Source: an uncultured Bacteroidales bacterium (GTDB lineage Bacteria > Bacteroidota > Bacteroidia > Bacteroidales > UBA932). From it: a stretch of 64,000 nucleotides of DNA. The stretch lies in contig CALVDI010000006.1 in the NCBI GenBank assembly GCA_944326225.1, positions 1,981-65,980 of the forward strand, written 5' to 3'. The position numbers and the translations under genes were made by a program. Of the stretch, positions 18,830 through 27,232 are shown in pieces (the first letter of the stretch is position 1; every line of letters starts with the position of its first letter). The notes under the pieces are model-generated. The model was not told the origin of the DNA, searched no databases, and saw only the letters and a list, made by a program, of their open reading frames with translations.

Positions 18830-19474
18830 TCAGAAGCGGTATCCGATACCAGCGGAGACAAGGCCGGTGTTCAGCGTTCCGACCTCGAAGCGTCCGTATA
18901 GCCTCTGTCCTACGGTGAGTCCAATGAGCCTGAGGTCAAATGTCGGCAGCAGTTTGGTGGAGCGTCCGGCGGCCTCCTCCGCGTTCTCCGCTCCGGCATT
19001 GGTGCTGACGATGCCCAGTCCTACCCCGACCCCGGAGTACATGCGTACCCATTTCCTGTTGAGCCAGTAGAACTTGACGTTGAACGTAGCGGTCGCCAGG
19101 TGCGTCCACTCGTCCCAAGCGTGTGAGTTGTCCTCCTTGTAGAGCATCCGGTAGCTGCCGTAGGAGTAGTTTACGCCAGCTCCGAGGCTGAGCCAGCTGA
19201 GGACGTTGTATCCGTACTCGGCCCTGAAAGTCGGCAGTACGGTCTTGTTCTCTCCGGTGACGATGTCGGACGGACTGATGAAGTTGAATCCGGCGAAAGC
19301 GTCACCGACTATACTTGCGGACCGGAACAGCGGTCCGTAAGGCAGTCCTACGCTGATGTCCACCTCCTGTGTGCCGGTGTAGTCCACCTTCTTGCCTTTG
19401 CTGTCCTGTGCGGACACAGATGGAATGAGCAGCATGAGCACTGCTGCAAGGATGAGTCTTCGTGTGAAATTCAT
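18830..19474 (-). CDS. Outer-membrane beta-barrel protein (porin/OmpW-like)
   Basis: Signal peptide, alternating aromatic/Gly beta-strand pattern, C-terminal ...GIGYRF. Confidence 0.65.
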   Translation of the reverse strand: MNFTRRLILAAVLMLLIPSVSAQDSKGKKVDYTGTQEVDISVGLPYGPLFRSASIVGDAFAGFNFISPSDIVTGENKTVLPTFRAEYGYNVLSWLSLGAGVNYSYGSYRMLYKEDNSHAWDEWTHLATATFNVKFYWLNRKWVRMYSGVGVGLGIVSTNAGAENAEEAAGRSTKLLPTFDLRLIGLTVGQRLYGRFEVGTLNTGLVSAGIGYRF

Positions 19475-19543
19475 ATGAAATCGGTTTGAACGGTTAATAA
19501 ATCTTTCTAAAAAGATGCATAAAAGTCAGATATCGCTGCACGG

Positions 19544-20122
19544 TCAGTCGTAGTACAGTTCTATTTTAATGATTATGCCGTTCTTATCGTACCAGAATGC
19601 GGGGTTGTACATCAAGTCCTCATCCTCTATGTAATCCGTTACGTATGAAGCCCAATACAGTTTGCCGCCGCCATCATTATTCTTGATGTCTCTGACACTT
19701 CCTCCCATGTCGTAGACCTTGGTTACAGGGTCTCCCACGCGGATATAGTCATTTACGGCGAATCTGTCCGAGTTTAAAGTGAAGACACAGAATCTGATGC
19801 TGTCCCGTCCATGGATTCCTCCAAATCCGATACCGTCTGATACTTTTCTGGCGACCCTGAAATCGCTTTCTATGGGATTGGATGCCGGGGTCATGATCAT
19901 GGTTGTATAATATACGAAATAGCTGTACACTACGTTATCCTCTTTGTCAGGTTCACCAAGGGCATCTATAATCTGCTCTGTAGTGTAGTATCTGTCCAGA
20001 ACAAGTCCGTTGATACGGACGGCGGAGAAATCGTACTGCTGTGTGTTCTGCGCAGCAGCGGTGAGTATGCCAGCTAATGCTGCTGCTATAATGCATATGA
20101 TGAGTTTTGATAAATCTTTCAT
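19544..20122 (-). CDS. Secreted protein, family P190 copy 2
   Basis: 192 aa; shares YDFS.V.INGL, FAVNDY.RVGDPV.KVYDMGG and ...IELYYD with the other copies. Confidence 0.7.
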   Translation of the reverse strand: MKDLSKLIICIIAAALAGILTAAAQNTQQYDFSAVRINGLVLDRYYTTEQIIDALGEPDKEDNVVYSYFVYYTTMIMTPASNPIESDFRVARKVSDGIGFGGIHGRDSIRFCVFTLNSDRFAVNDYIRVGDPVTKVYDMGGSVRDIKNNDGGGKLYWASYVTDYIEDEDLMYNPAFWYDKNGIIIKIELYYD

Positions 20123-20131
20123 GGTGCGGAT

Positions 20132-20719
20132 TTAATCGTAATATAGTTCAATCTTAGTGATGATGCCGTTCTTATCGTACCAGAATGCGGGGTTGTACAT
20201 CAAATCTTCATCCTCTATGTAATCCGTTACGAATGAAGCCCACCAATACAATTTGCCACCGCCGTCAGTATTCTTGATGTCTCTGACACTTCCCCCCATG
20301 TCGTAGACTTTGCTTACAGGGTCTCCCACCCTGACATAGCCGTTGACGGCGAACTTGTCCGAGTTTAAAGTGAAGACACAGAATCTGACGCTGTCCCGTC
20401 CATGGATTCCTCCAAATCCGAAATCATCGACAACATTTCTTGCTGCCCTGACATCGCTCAGGGAGAAGTCTCCTGAGGCCGGGGCCATGGCCATGGTGCT
20501 GTTGTATACAAAATAGCTGTACACTACGTCATCCTCTTCGTCAGGTACTCCCAGAGCGTCAATAAGTTGTTCCCTAGTGTAGTATCTGTCCAGTTCCAGT
20601 CCGTTGATGCTGACGGTGGAGAAATCGTATTGTTGTGAGTCCTGCGCCGCGGCAGTGAGTATGCCTGCCGCAGTCATGGCCGCTGCCGCTGCGGAGAGAA
20701 GTTTTAGGATTATTCTCAT
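20132..20719 (-). CDS. Secreted protein, family P190 copy 3 (chimera of copy-1-like N-half and copy-2-like C-half)
   Basis: Signal peptide and APASGDFSLSDVRAA block match copy 1. GFGGIHGRDS and GGSVRDIKN.DGGGKLYW...DYIEDEDLMYNPAFWYDKNGII match copy 2. Confidence 0.7.
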   Translation of the reverse strand: MRIILKLLSAAAAAMTAAGILTAAAQDSQQYDFSTVSINGLELDRYYTREQLIDALGVPDEEDDVVYSYFVYNSTMAMAPASGDFSLSDVRAARNVVDDFGFGGIHGRDSVRFCVFTLNSDKFAVNGYVRVGDPVSKVYDMGGSVRDIKNTDGGGKLYWWASFVTDYIEDEDLMYNPAFWYDKNGIITKIELYYD

Positions 20720-21120
20720 TGCGATATTCTCTCTAGTGTTAAATGGTTAATAGTCGTATTGTTTATTTTGCTGTGTACTTTCAGCTGTGTTTCTTAAGTT
20801 TGTCCCCAAAGGTAAGCAAAATATACTTTCAGCACAAGGAAAAAAGTTTCACATCGCAAATTTTATAATACTGGTTTACAGTGGTTTGTAAAAGTAGAAA
20901 ATGTCGTGACTCTAAAAATGTTTCACATCGCCGCTTTCCACCTGCCCATCCCGGCCTTATCGGTACCGCTGTACGGTCAGGGCGTAACAAATCACATGTA
21001 TCAGAACTGTTTTTCTGCGCAATACATACTTTGATGGTATGTGAAAGGAAAGGCCGCCCTCCGGATTAGACTGTCATAATATTTGTGGAGAGCGGTCCTT
21101 CCTGACATCGTGCTTGTCCG
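20720..21120 (-). promoter_or_regulatory. Conserved leader/promoter region Z2 upstream of P190 copy 3
   Basis: By-eye alignment to Z1 shows about 5 differences in about 345 nt. -7 box at 20807-20814; repeat boxes at 20846-20857 and 20920-20931. Confidence 0.6.
21043..21104 (-). repeat. 64-nt hairpin module, copy 3 (degenerate), after the stop of 21121-21717
   Basis: The left arm is intact; the loop and right arm carry substitutions (GCGGTCCTTCC). Confidence 0.55.
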
Positions 21121-21717
21121 TCAGAATGCGAGGCCGATTCTGTACTGGATGTACGGTGCCACGTACCAGTCGATCTGCCATCCTATGCGTGCTCCGACGG
21201 AGAACTCGCCGAACCAGTTCTTGCCCCATACCCTTCTGATGCCGTACATGGGCGTGATGCTTACATCGACACGCGAACTGAAACTCAAATCCTCGAACTC
21301 GCTTATATCGGGGATGAATCTGTTCCCGAGTGCGGTCTGTACTTTCAGCGCGACGAAGTCGGCGGAGTTCTTGTACGTGCTCTTGCCGAGTCTTTGGCGT
21401 CTGTCGAAGTTGGTGTAGAACCTGGGCTCCACGTTTACACCGAGCTTCATGGCGGCACTATATCCAAAGGAGAAATAGTCGTTAAAGACATAGATACCAG
21501 CCGGAACGAGTCCCGCCCTGAAGACCATTGAGAAACTTCCTCCGAGCTTCTGCTCGTATCCGTACTCGAGTCCGAGAATCTGCATGGAGATGGTGTGGTT
21601 GGACACCGCAGCGGTTTTTTGCACGGAGGCGGTGTCTTTCACAGGTTCAGCCGCTGCCACCGTGAGCACGGTGGTAATGAGGGCTGTGCAGATGGTGAAT
21701 AACTTGATAAGTCTCAT
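21121..21717 (-). CDS. Outer-membrane beta-barrel protein
   Basis: Signal peptide, beta-strand pattern, C-terminal ...YRIGLAF. Confidence 0.6.
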   Translation of the reverse strand: MRLIKLFTICTALITTVLTVAAAEPVKDTASVQKTAAVSNHTISMQILGLEYGYEQKLGGSFSMVFRAGLVPAGIYVFNDYFSFGYSAAMKLGVNVEPRFYTNFDRRQRLGKSTYKNSADFVALKVQTALGNRFIPDISEFEDLSFSSRVDVSITPMYGIRRVWGKNWFGEFSVGARIGWQIDWYVAPYIQYRIGLAF

Positions 21718-21846
21718 GTTCGTTAAAAAGTTGTAGAGAAAAGATTAGATATACGGCCCGCGGCAGGTATGCATTGGACCGTATATACGCGGATAGATTA
21801 AGTGAAGTTACTTTTTGCCGGATTCTTGATTGGATACGGTGTAGGT

Positions 21847-22299
21847 TTACAGGGACTCGTACCATTCGATGTATTCCTCCTCGGTCATGCCGTATGGCAG
21901 TTGAGTCATGTGGACTCCCCAGTCGAAGAGGTCAGGGTCGTCAGGGGTGTAGTCGATAGATATCTCTCTTGTCATGGACCCGCTGGTGTTCTCCGAGAAC
22001 GATACATTGATGTTCCTTCCCTCTTGCCATACCCTGCACCATGAGTTCTCCCAGCAGTTGTCCTCGGCATTGAACACCACCGAACCGTATTCTACCTGCT
22101 CTCCTTTTTCTGTGCTCAGATCGCAGATACTGAACCTGACTTCAGTGATGGAATAGCCTGTACGGCCGTCGGGAACGCACGAGACCGTCTGAGCGTCGCT
22201 GGAGACGTACTCGGGCGCGTCAAATGGAAGAATCCGATTTGTCTTCATGCATCCCGTCGCAACCATGGCGAAAGTCAGTAATAACAAACGCTGTATCAT
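21847..22299 (-). CDS. Small lipoprotein, family L150 copy 2
   Basis: Lipobox VATGC. Long blocks identical to 16226-16690. Starts 4 nt after the C10 fragment stop. Confidence 0.7.
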   Translation of the reverse strand: MIQRLLLLTFAMVATGCMKTNRILPFDAPEYVSSDAQTVSCVPDGRTGYSITEVRFSICDLSTEKGEQVEYGSVVFNAEDNCWENSWCRVWQEGRNINVSFSENTSGSMTREISIDYTPDDPDLFDWGVHMTQLPYGMTEEEYIEWYESL

Positions 22300-22303
22300 T
22301 GTA

Positions 22304-22591
22304 TCAAAGTGAGTAAGTTATGGTTCTGTAGTTCCATGTGTATTTTGCCTTAGTTGTACTGGAGTTCTCATCCACGCCGTTCTCCGTACTTATACGATTG
22401 GTCGTGTCGAAGACCCCCTGGCTGTAGTATCCGTCGCTCTGACCGTGCCATCCCCAGTTGATGTGGAAGAGGTTCTGCCTGCTTGTCTCTCCGTTCGAGA
22501 GCTTGACCTTGTCTCGCACATACAGGCCGTCGATGACCCATGCGTGTCCATCCTTGAGACCTTTTGATCCGAAAGTTAATAAGTGTTTCAT
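22304..22591 (-). pseudogene. C-terminal remnant of a C10 (streptopain/SpeB-like) cysteine peptidase
   Basis: GHAWVIDG ... FHINWGWHGQSDGYY matches the His-region/NWGW motif of family C10. The N-terminal catalytic-Cys half is absent. Confidence 0.65.
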
Positions 22592-22615
22592 TTTTGAAAT
22601 TGAATTTAAGTATCG

Positions 22616-22623
22616 CAAAATTA
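22616..22623 (-). promoter_or_regulatory. Canonical promoter (TTTG-N20-TAATTTTG) driving the C10 remnant and L150 copy 2
   Basis: Exact TAnnTTTG 24 nt upstream of the ATG at 22591, with TTTG 20 nt further upstream. Confidence 0.55.
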
Positions 22624-22730
22624 TACGAAACGGATATTACGCCCAAATCAGAAGTCTAACGCGCGTGTTTTTAGATGACTGATATTCAGTTTATTGCAAA
22701 TGGGTGTTTGAGAAAAGTCTGACGCTGTGA

Positions 22731-24404
22731 TTATCGGGTCTGACGCAATCTGTCAATAAGCTGCCGGAGATGGGTGTCTATGTTGACATCGTGCTCTCCA
22801 AGCCCGAGTTTTTTTCGGATACCGCTGCTTACGGAGTAATGTCTGGCGAGGCCGAGATACTGCCCTATCTCGTTTCCCCGCAGTCCTAAGAGGTACAGGT
22901 TGCAGAAGTCTCTCTCCCGTTCGGAAAGTCCGTGCTCTGTCAGATACGACTCCAGTTCGGGATATGTCATGGAGGTGTACTGCCTCAGATAGTCCAGCAG
23001 CATCTGCCTGTTGTCCACGACAGACTTTATCTCGCTTTCGGATGTGTCGGATATCTTTCCGTAGATGATGACCGAGACGAGGAGTTTGAAGAAGATCTGC
23101 ATCCGCTTGGTAATCATACTCCGCAGTTCGTGGTTGTCCGTAGTCTTGCTTTTCAGCTCGGAGAGCACGGACTCGTATTGCTTCTGAATCGTGTCGTTTG
23201 CGGACGACAGCTCTTGATAGGTCATCTCCAGTGCCTGCATCCGGGTCACGGCCTTTGTGTATCTGTTCTCCGCTTTCAGTCTGGCATTGCGGGAGCGGAG
23301 TATTATCAGATAAGCCGACAGTGCGATGATGACGATGATAAGTGCCGAGGCAACGAGGGATATGGTGAGTCTGTAGTGTTTCCTTTCAGCCTCCAGCTGT
23401 TCCTGCACATATTTCGTATCGTCGTTGACAGCAGCCTGTCTTTTTTTCACTTCAAGATTTGTATATTCGTTTAGGTATTGGAATGCTTTGTTATAATCGC
23501 CTTTCTCTTTCCAGATGTATGAGAGGAGAAGCCAGTAACTTAATTCTGTTTGGAAAACTGGGTCTGGAGGCGTAAGAGCAGTAAGGGCTGAGTCGGGCTC
23601 CCCTATCCGATGCCAGGCTAAGGCTATGGCTATGCGGTCCTGGTATGCGGGGTCGGTGACTGTCGACAGGTATTCGTCCAACGTGGTTCTGATAAGCCTC
23701 ACCGAGTCTTTCGGCAAAGTGTTGAGATATTCCCCGAAGTAGTAGCCCTTCGTCTCCTCCGAGATATGTGGAAAGACCTGTCGGGCATCGTTCAGGTACT
23801 GTCGTGCCCTTATGGTGTCCTTAAGTATAAAGCTGATATTTGCAGCAGTAATCATCTTGTCTGCATACCAGTTGGTGTCCGCAGCTTCGAGATAGGATTC
23901 CGCAGCATTGACGGAAGCCGACAGTGCGGATTCGAACTGATAAACGCTGTAGTAGATGGCCGTCATGGCTGTGTACAGTCTGCCGGCCATCCCGGCATCG
24001 TCACACTTTGATGCATATTTCTCGGCATTGACGAAGCATCGCATCGCGCTTTCGTTGTCACCGGCATTCTGGTATATCCGTCCGAGATAGTACTGTGCCT
24101 TGAGTCTGTCATCCGGACTGCCGTGCCTGGCGTAGTATCTGACGGCAGGCTTTATGATGCTGTCGGTGGAGAGGTCAATCCAGTTCTTGTCGAGGGCCTG
24201 GGAGTAAAGCAGTGCGTGCCGTGCCTTGGCTCCGCGTGTGCGCAGGCGGCTGCGGTCGAGGGTATCGAGCAGGGCGAGCGCGGAGTCCGGATGAGCTTCC
24301 ATGACGGCCTCGGCCCAGTCCAGTTCGGTCACGACGGCACTGTCGTCCACGCAGGACATCACAGCACAACAGGTCAGCACTGCGGCAGTTATCCTGATCA
24401 GCAT
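22731..24404 (-). CDS. TPR-repeat, single-TM, LuxR-family HTH transcriptional regulator
   Basis: N-terminal lipoprotein-like signal, TPR-like repeats, internal TM (LVASALIIVIIALSAYLIIL), C-terminal LuxR HTH (SERERDFCNLYLLGLRGNEIGQYLG). Confidence 0.75.
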   Translation of the reverse strand: MLIRITAAVLTCCAVMSCVDDSAVVTELDWAEAVMEAHPDSALALLDTLDRSRLRTRGAKARHALLYSQALDKNWIDLSTDSIIKPAVRYYARHGSPDDRLKAQYYLGRIYQNAGDNESAMRCFVNAEKYASKCDDAGMAGRLYTAMTAIYYSVYQFESALSASVNAAESYLEAADTNWYADKMITAANISFILKDTIRARQYLNDARQVFPHISEETKGYYFGEYLNTLPKDSVRLIRTTLDEYLSTVTDPAYQDRIAIALAWHRIGEPDSALTALTPPDPVFQTELSYWLLLSYIWKEKGDYNKAFQYLNEYTNLEVKKRQAAVNDDTKYVQEQLEAERKHYRLTISLVASALIIVIIALSAYLIILRSRNARLKAENRYTKAVTRMQALEMTYQELSSANDTIQKQYESVLSELKSKTTDNHELRSMITKRMQIFFKLLVSVIIYGKISDTSESEIKSVVDNRQMLLDYLRQYTSMTYPELESYLTEHGLSERERDFCNLYLLGLRGNEIGQYLGLARHYSVSSGIRKKLGLGEHDVNIDTHLRQLIDRLRQTR

Positions 24405-24428
24405 ATGTGACAGTCTTAATCTCACGTG

Positions 24429-24600
24429 GCAAATATACGCAGAAGCCGAGAGCAATGCAAATGAACTTGTTCGGTTTGCACTGCCGAGGCGTGAACAGTA
24501 TAAATGACGAAGTCAAATATAGCAAGAAGCCGAGAGCAATGCAAGTTCACTTGCGATTGCCGAGGCGCAACAGTATTGAGGGGCGGTTGTGCTGGCAAGA
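24429..24600 (-). repeat. Tandem ~84-nt duplication of the regulator promoter region
   Basis: AGAAGCCGAGAGCAATGCAA at 24441 and 24525. Each unit carries TATATTTG on the minus strand (24430-24437 and 24514-24521). Confidence 0.65.
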
Positions 24601-24710
24601 TGCTGACTGCTGGCTCTCGCATCGGGACGTGAAATACAAGTTTTTCTGCAGTATATTGATTGACAGCGATTTGGAAAACCATGTGCGATTTACGGTCGCT
24701 CACAACATGG

Positions 24711-24775
24711 CGAAAAATGCAGGCCGTCTTACAAGCGCCTTGATATTAGGTGTATACGAAGCGGCCTGCATTTCT
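24711..24775 (-). terminator. Long-loop terminator hairpin after der
   Basis: AAATGCAGGCCG-N35-CGGCCTGCATTT followed by TT on the minus strand. Confidence 0.45.
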
Positions 24776-24796
24776 CAGGATGGTGCTTTGTAAGCT

Positions 24797-26107
24797 CTAT
24801 TTCTGGCGCATGAAGATGCGTATGGGGCAGCCGGTGAAGTCGAAGTGGCTGCGCAGCTTGTTCTCCAGGAATCTCTTGTACGGTGCCCCGATGTACTGGG
24901 GCAGATTGCAGAAGAAGGCAAATGACGGACAGGGCGTCGGCAGTTGGGTGATATACTTGATCTTGATGAACTTGCCCTTTGTGGAGGGGGGAGGATAGTT
25001 GTCTATCTCCTCGAGCATAACCTCGTTCAGAGTGGATGTGGGAATCTTCTTGGAGTAATTGTCATAGACCTTGGCCGCCGCGTCCAGCACATCGAGGATT
25101 CTTTGCTTTTTGATGACCGATGTGAAGATGACGGGGATATCGCTGAAAGGCGCGAGCCGCTTGCGTATGGCCTCGGCGTATTCCTTCATGGTGTTGCCGG
25201 TCTTGTTCTCTATCAGGTCCCATTTGTTGACCGCCACCACGCAGCCTTTGCTGTTGCGCAGGATGAGATTGAAGATGGACATATCCTGAGCCTCGACTCC
25301 GTATTGGGCATCGATCATCAGGATGCAGATGTCAGCGTGCTCTATGGCCCTGATGGCCCTCATCACGGAGTAGAACTCCAAGTCCTCGTTGACCTTGCTT
25401 TTCTTGCGCAGTCCGGCGGTGTCCACCAGGATGAACTCGTGTCCGAATTTGTTGTAGTAGGACTCCACCGCGTCCCGGGTCGTCCCGGCCACGGGGGTTA
25501 CGATGTTGCGCTCCTCTCCGAGGAAAGCGTTGGTGATGGATGACTTGCCGGCGTTGGGCCTGCCTACTATGGCGATACGGGGTACTCCCGCGTGCTCTTC
25601 CTCCTCCTCTTTGGAGTCGGGCAGCATGGACACGAGCCGGTCCAGCATGTCGCCGGTGCCGCTGCCGTTGGCCGAGGAGATGTCCCACGGGTCGCCCAGC
25701 CCCAGGGAGTAGAACTGGTATGAGTCGAAGCGCTTGTCCGCCGAGTCCACCTTGTTGACCACCAGCAGGACGGGCTTATCACTGCGGCGCAGGATATCGG
25801 CTATCTCCTCGTCGAAATCGGTGATGCCGGTGCCCACTTCCACTAAGAACAGGATGACATCGGCCTCCTCGATGGCTATCATCACCTGCTTGCGTATCTC
25901 CTCCTCGAACACGTCTTCGGAGTTGACCGTATAGCCTCCTGTATCCACTACAGAGAATGTCGTGCCGCACCACTCGCACTTGCCGTAATGGCGGTCGCGC
26001 GTTACACCAGCCGTCTCATCGACGATGGCCTGCCGCATACCGACAAGCCTGTTGAAAAGGGTTGATTTGCCCACGTTGGGCCGTCCTACTATGGCAACTA
26101 AACTCAT
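24797..26107 (-). CDS. der: Ribosome-associated GTPase Der (EngA)
   Basis: Two tandem GTPase domains (GRPNVGKST and GRPNAGKSS) plus a KH-like C-terminus; 436 aa. Confidence 0.95.
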   Translation of the reverse strand: MSLVAIVGRPNVGKSTLFNRLVGMRQAIVDETAGVTRDRHYGKCEWCGTTFSVVDTGGYTVNSEDVFEEEIRKQVMIAIEEADVILFLVEVGTGITDFDEEIADILRRSDKPVLLVVNKVDSADKRFDSYQFYSLGLGDPWDISSANGSGTGDMLDRLVSMLPDSKEEEEEHAGVPRIAIVGRPNAGKSSITNAFLGEERNIVTPVAGTTRDAVESYYNKFGHEFILVDTAGLRKKSKVNEDLEFYSVMRAIRAIEHADICILMIDAQYGVEAQDMSIFNLILRNSKGCVVAVNKWDLIENKTGNTMKEYAEAIRKRLAPFSDIPVIFTSVIKKQRILDVLDAAAKVYDNYSKKIPTSTLNEVMLEEIDNYPPPSTKGKFIKIKYITQLPTPCPSFAFFCNLPQYIGAPYKRFLENKLRSHFDFTGCPIRIFMRQK

Positions 26108-26110
26108 ACT

Positions 26111-26377
26111 CTATTGTTTATCAGATATATTGCATCCAGTACCGTTCAAGTTCAGGCCGCAGCTTCCGCAGGAGCCGCTGCAGCCGCCGGTGCTTCCTTT
26201 CTTCGGGCCCCACAGCCTCATCTCCTCCTCGCGGGCGCAGATGATGCCCCTCTTGCGGAGCTCCTTGTTGTGCTCTATCTCTCCGTCAGGAAAAGGCTTC
26301 TTCCTGAAGATGATGTTGAAGCACATGATGAATACCGCAAAACCGACGAATACTATGGCCGCTATCAATATTTCCAT
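26111..26377 (-). CDS. Small membrane protein with Cys-rich C-terminus
   Basis: N-terminal TM helix, then GGCSGSCGSCG...GC. 3-nt gaps to both der and nadE. Confidence 0.5.
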   Translation of the reverse strand: MEILIAAIVFVGFAVFIMCFNIIFRKKPFPDGEIEHNKELRKRGIICAREEEMRLWGPKKGSTGGCSGSCGSCGLNLNGTGCNISDKQ

Positions 26378-26380
26378 ATC

Positions 26381-27232
26381 TTACATTGTTTTTGGCTCCA
26401 CCCATTTGCTGCGGTCAAGCAGCGGGCAGGAGCTGACCGTTATCTCAGGGGCCAGCTGATGGACCTTGAACGCGGCTGCCTTTCTAAGCCGCAGGATCCT
26501 TTCCACCAAGGCCTTGTCCACACCTTCCTGCAAAATCTGTTCCGCGCTCCTGCCTCCTTCATTGAGGCTGTAGAGTACAGGGTCCAGCACATCGTAGGGC
26601 GGCAGGGAGTCTGTGTCCTTCTGTCCGTCACGCAACTCGGCCGAAGGGGCCTTGGTGATGGTGGACAGGGGGATCAGCTCTTTCTCCCGGTTGATATACG
26701 CCGCCAGTTCGTACACCTCGGTCTTGTAGAGGTCCGCGATGACCATCAGGGAGCCGCACAGGTCCCCGTACAGGGTGCCGTAGCCCATCGACAGCTCGCT
26801 CTTGTTGGTGGTGTTCAGCAGCAGGGCTCCATGCCTGTTGGAGTAGAGCATCAGTATGGTGCCGCGGATGCGGGCCTGAAGGTTCTCCTGGGTGGTGTCC
26901 CAGTGGAAATCCCCTTCGAACAGCGGCTCGGTCTCCTTGATGAACCGGTCGTAGACGGCCCCGATGGGGATGATGTGGTACTTGATGCCGAGGTTGTCCG
27001 CCAGTTCCACGGCATCGTTGACCGAGTGTACGGTAGACCAGGAGGATGGCATGAGGATGCCGGTGACATGGTCCTTGCCCAGGGCCTCCGCAGCTAGGGA
27101 GGCCACTACGGCCGAGTCAATGCCGCCTGACAGGCCGAGCACGGCCCGGGACATTCCCGCCTGAGCGAAGAAGTCCCGGACAGCCCGTACTATCCTGTCG
27201 TGTATGTCTTCTACTCTAGAACCCGAAAGCAT
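26381..27232 (-). CDS. nadE: Ammonia-dependent NAD+ synthetase
   Basis: GLSGGIDSAVVASLA PP-loop motif; 283 aa. Confidence 0.9.
   Translation of the reverse strand: MLSGSRVEDIHDRIVRAVRDFFAQAGMSRAVLGLSGGIDSAVVASLAAEALGKDHVTGILMPSSWSTVHSVNDAVELADNLGIKYHIIPIGAVYDRFIKETEPLFEGDFHWDTTQENLQARIRGTILMLYSNRHGALLLNTTNKSELSMGYGTLYGDLCGSLMVIADLYKTEVYELAAYINREKELIPLSTITKAPSAELRDGQKDTDSLPPYDVLDPVLYSLNEGGRSAEQILQEGVDKALVERILRLRKAAAFKVHQLAPEITVSSCPLLDRSKWVEPKTM

Noticed and set aside
16226-22299. Interpretation of the mosaic island as a type VI secretion immunity-gene array (acquired interbacterial defence).
   Set aside because: No recombinase, T6SS or toxin gene is present, and no immunity family is recognised by eye. 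It is kept only as a remote possibility within the island finding.
24429-24600. Possible CRISPR-like or other interspersed repeat array.
   Set aside because: There are only two units, directly tandem without spacers, and each contains promoter boxes. No CRISPR-like array was seen anywhere in the window.
24407-24793. A 128-aa plus-strand ORF with an internal repeated KPRAMQ segment.
   Set aside because: The repeat is simply the translation of the tandem promoter duplication. The region is better explained as the regulator promoter plus the der terminator.
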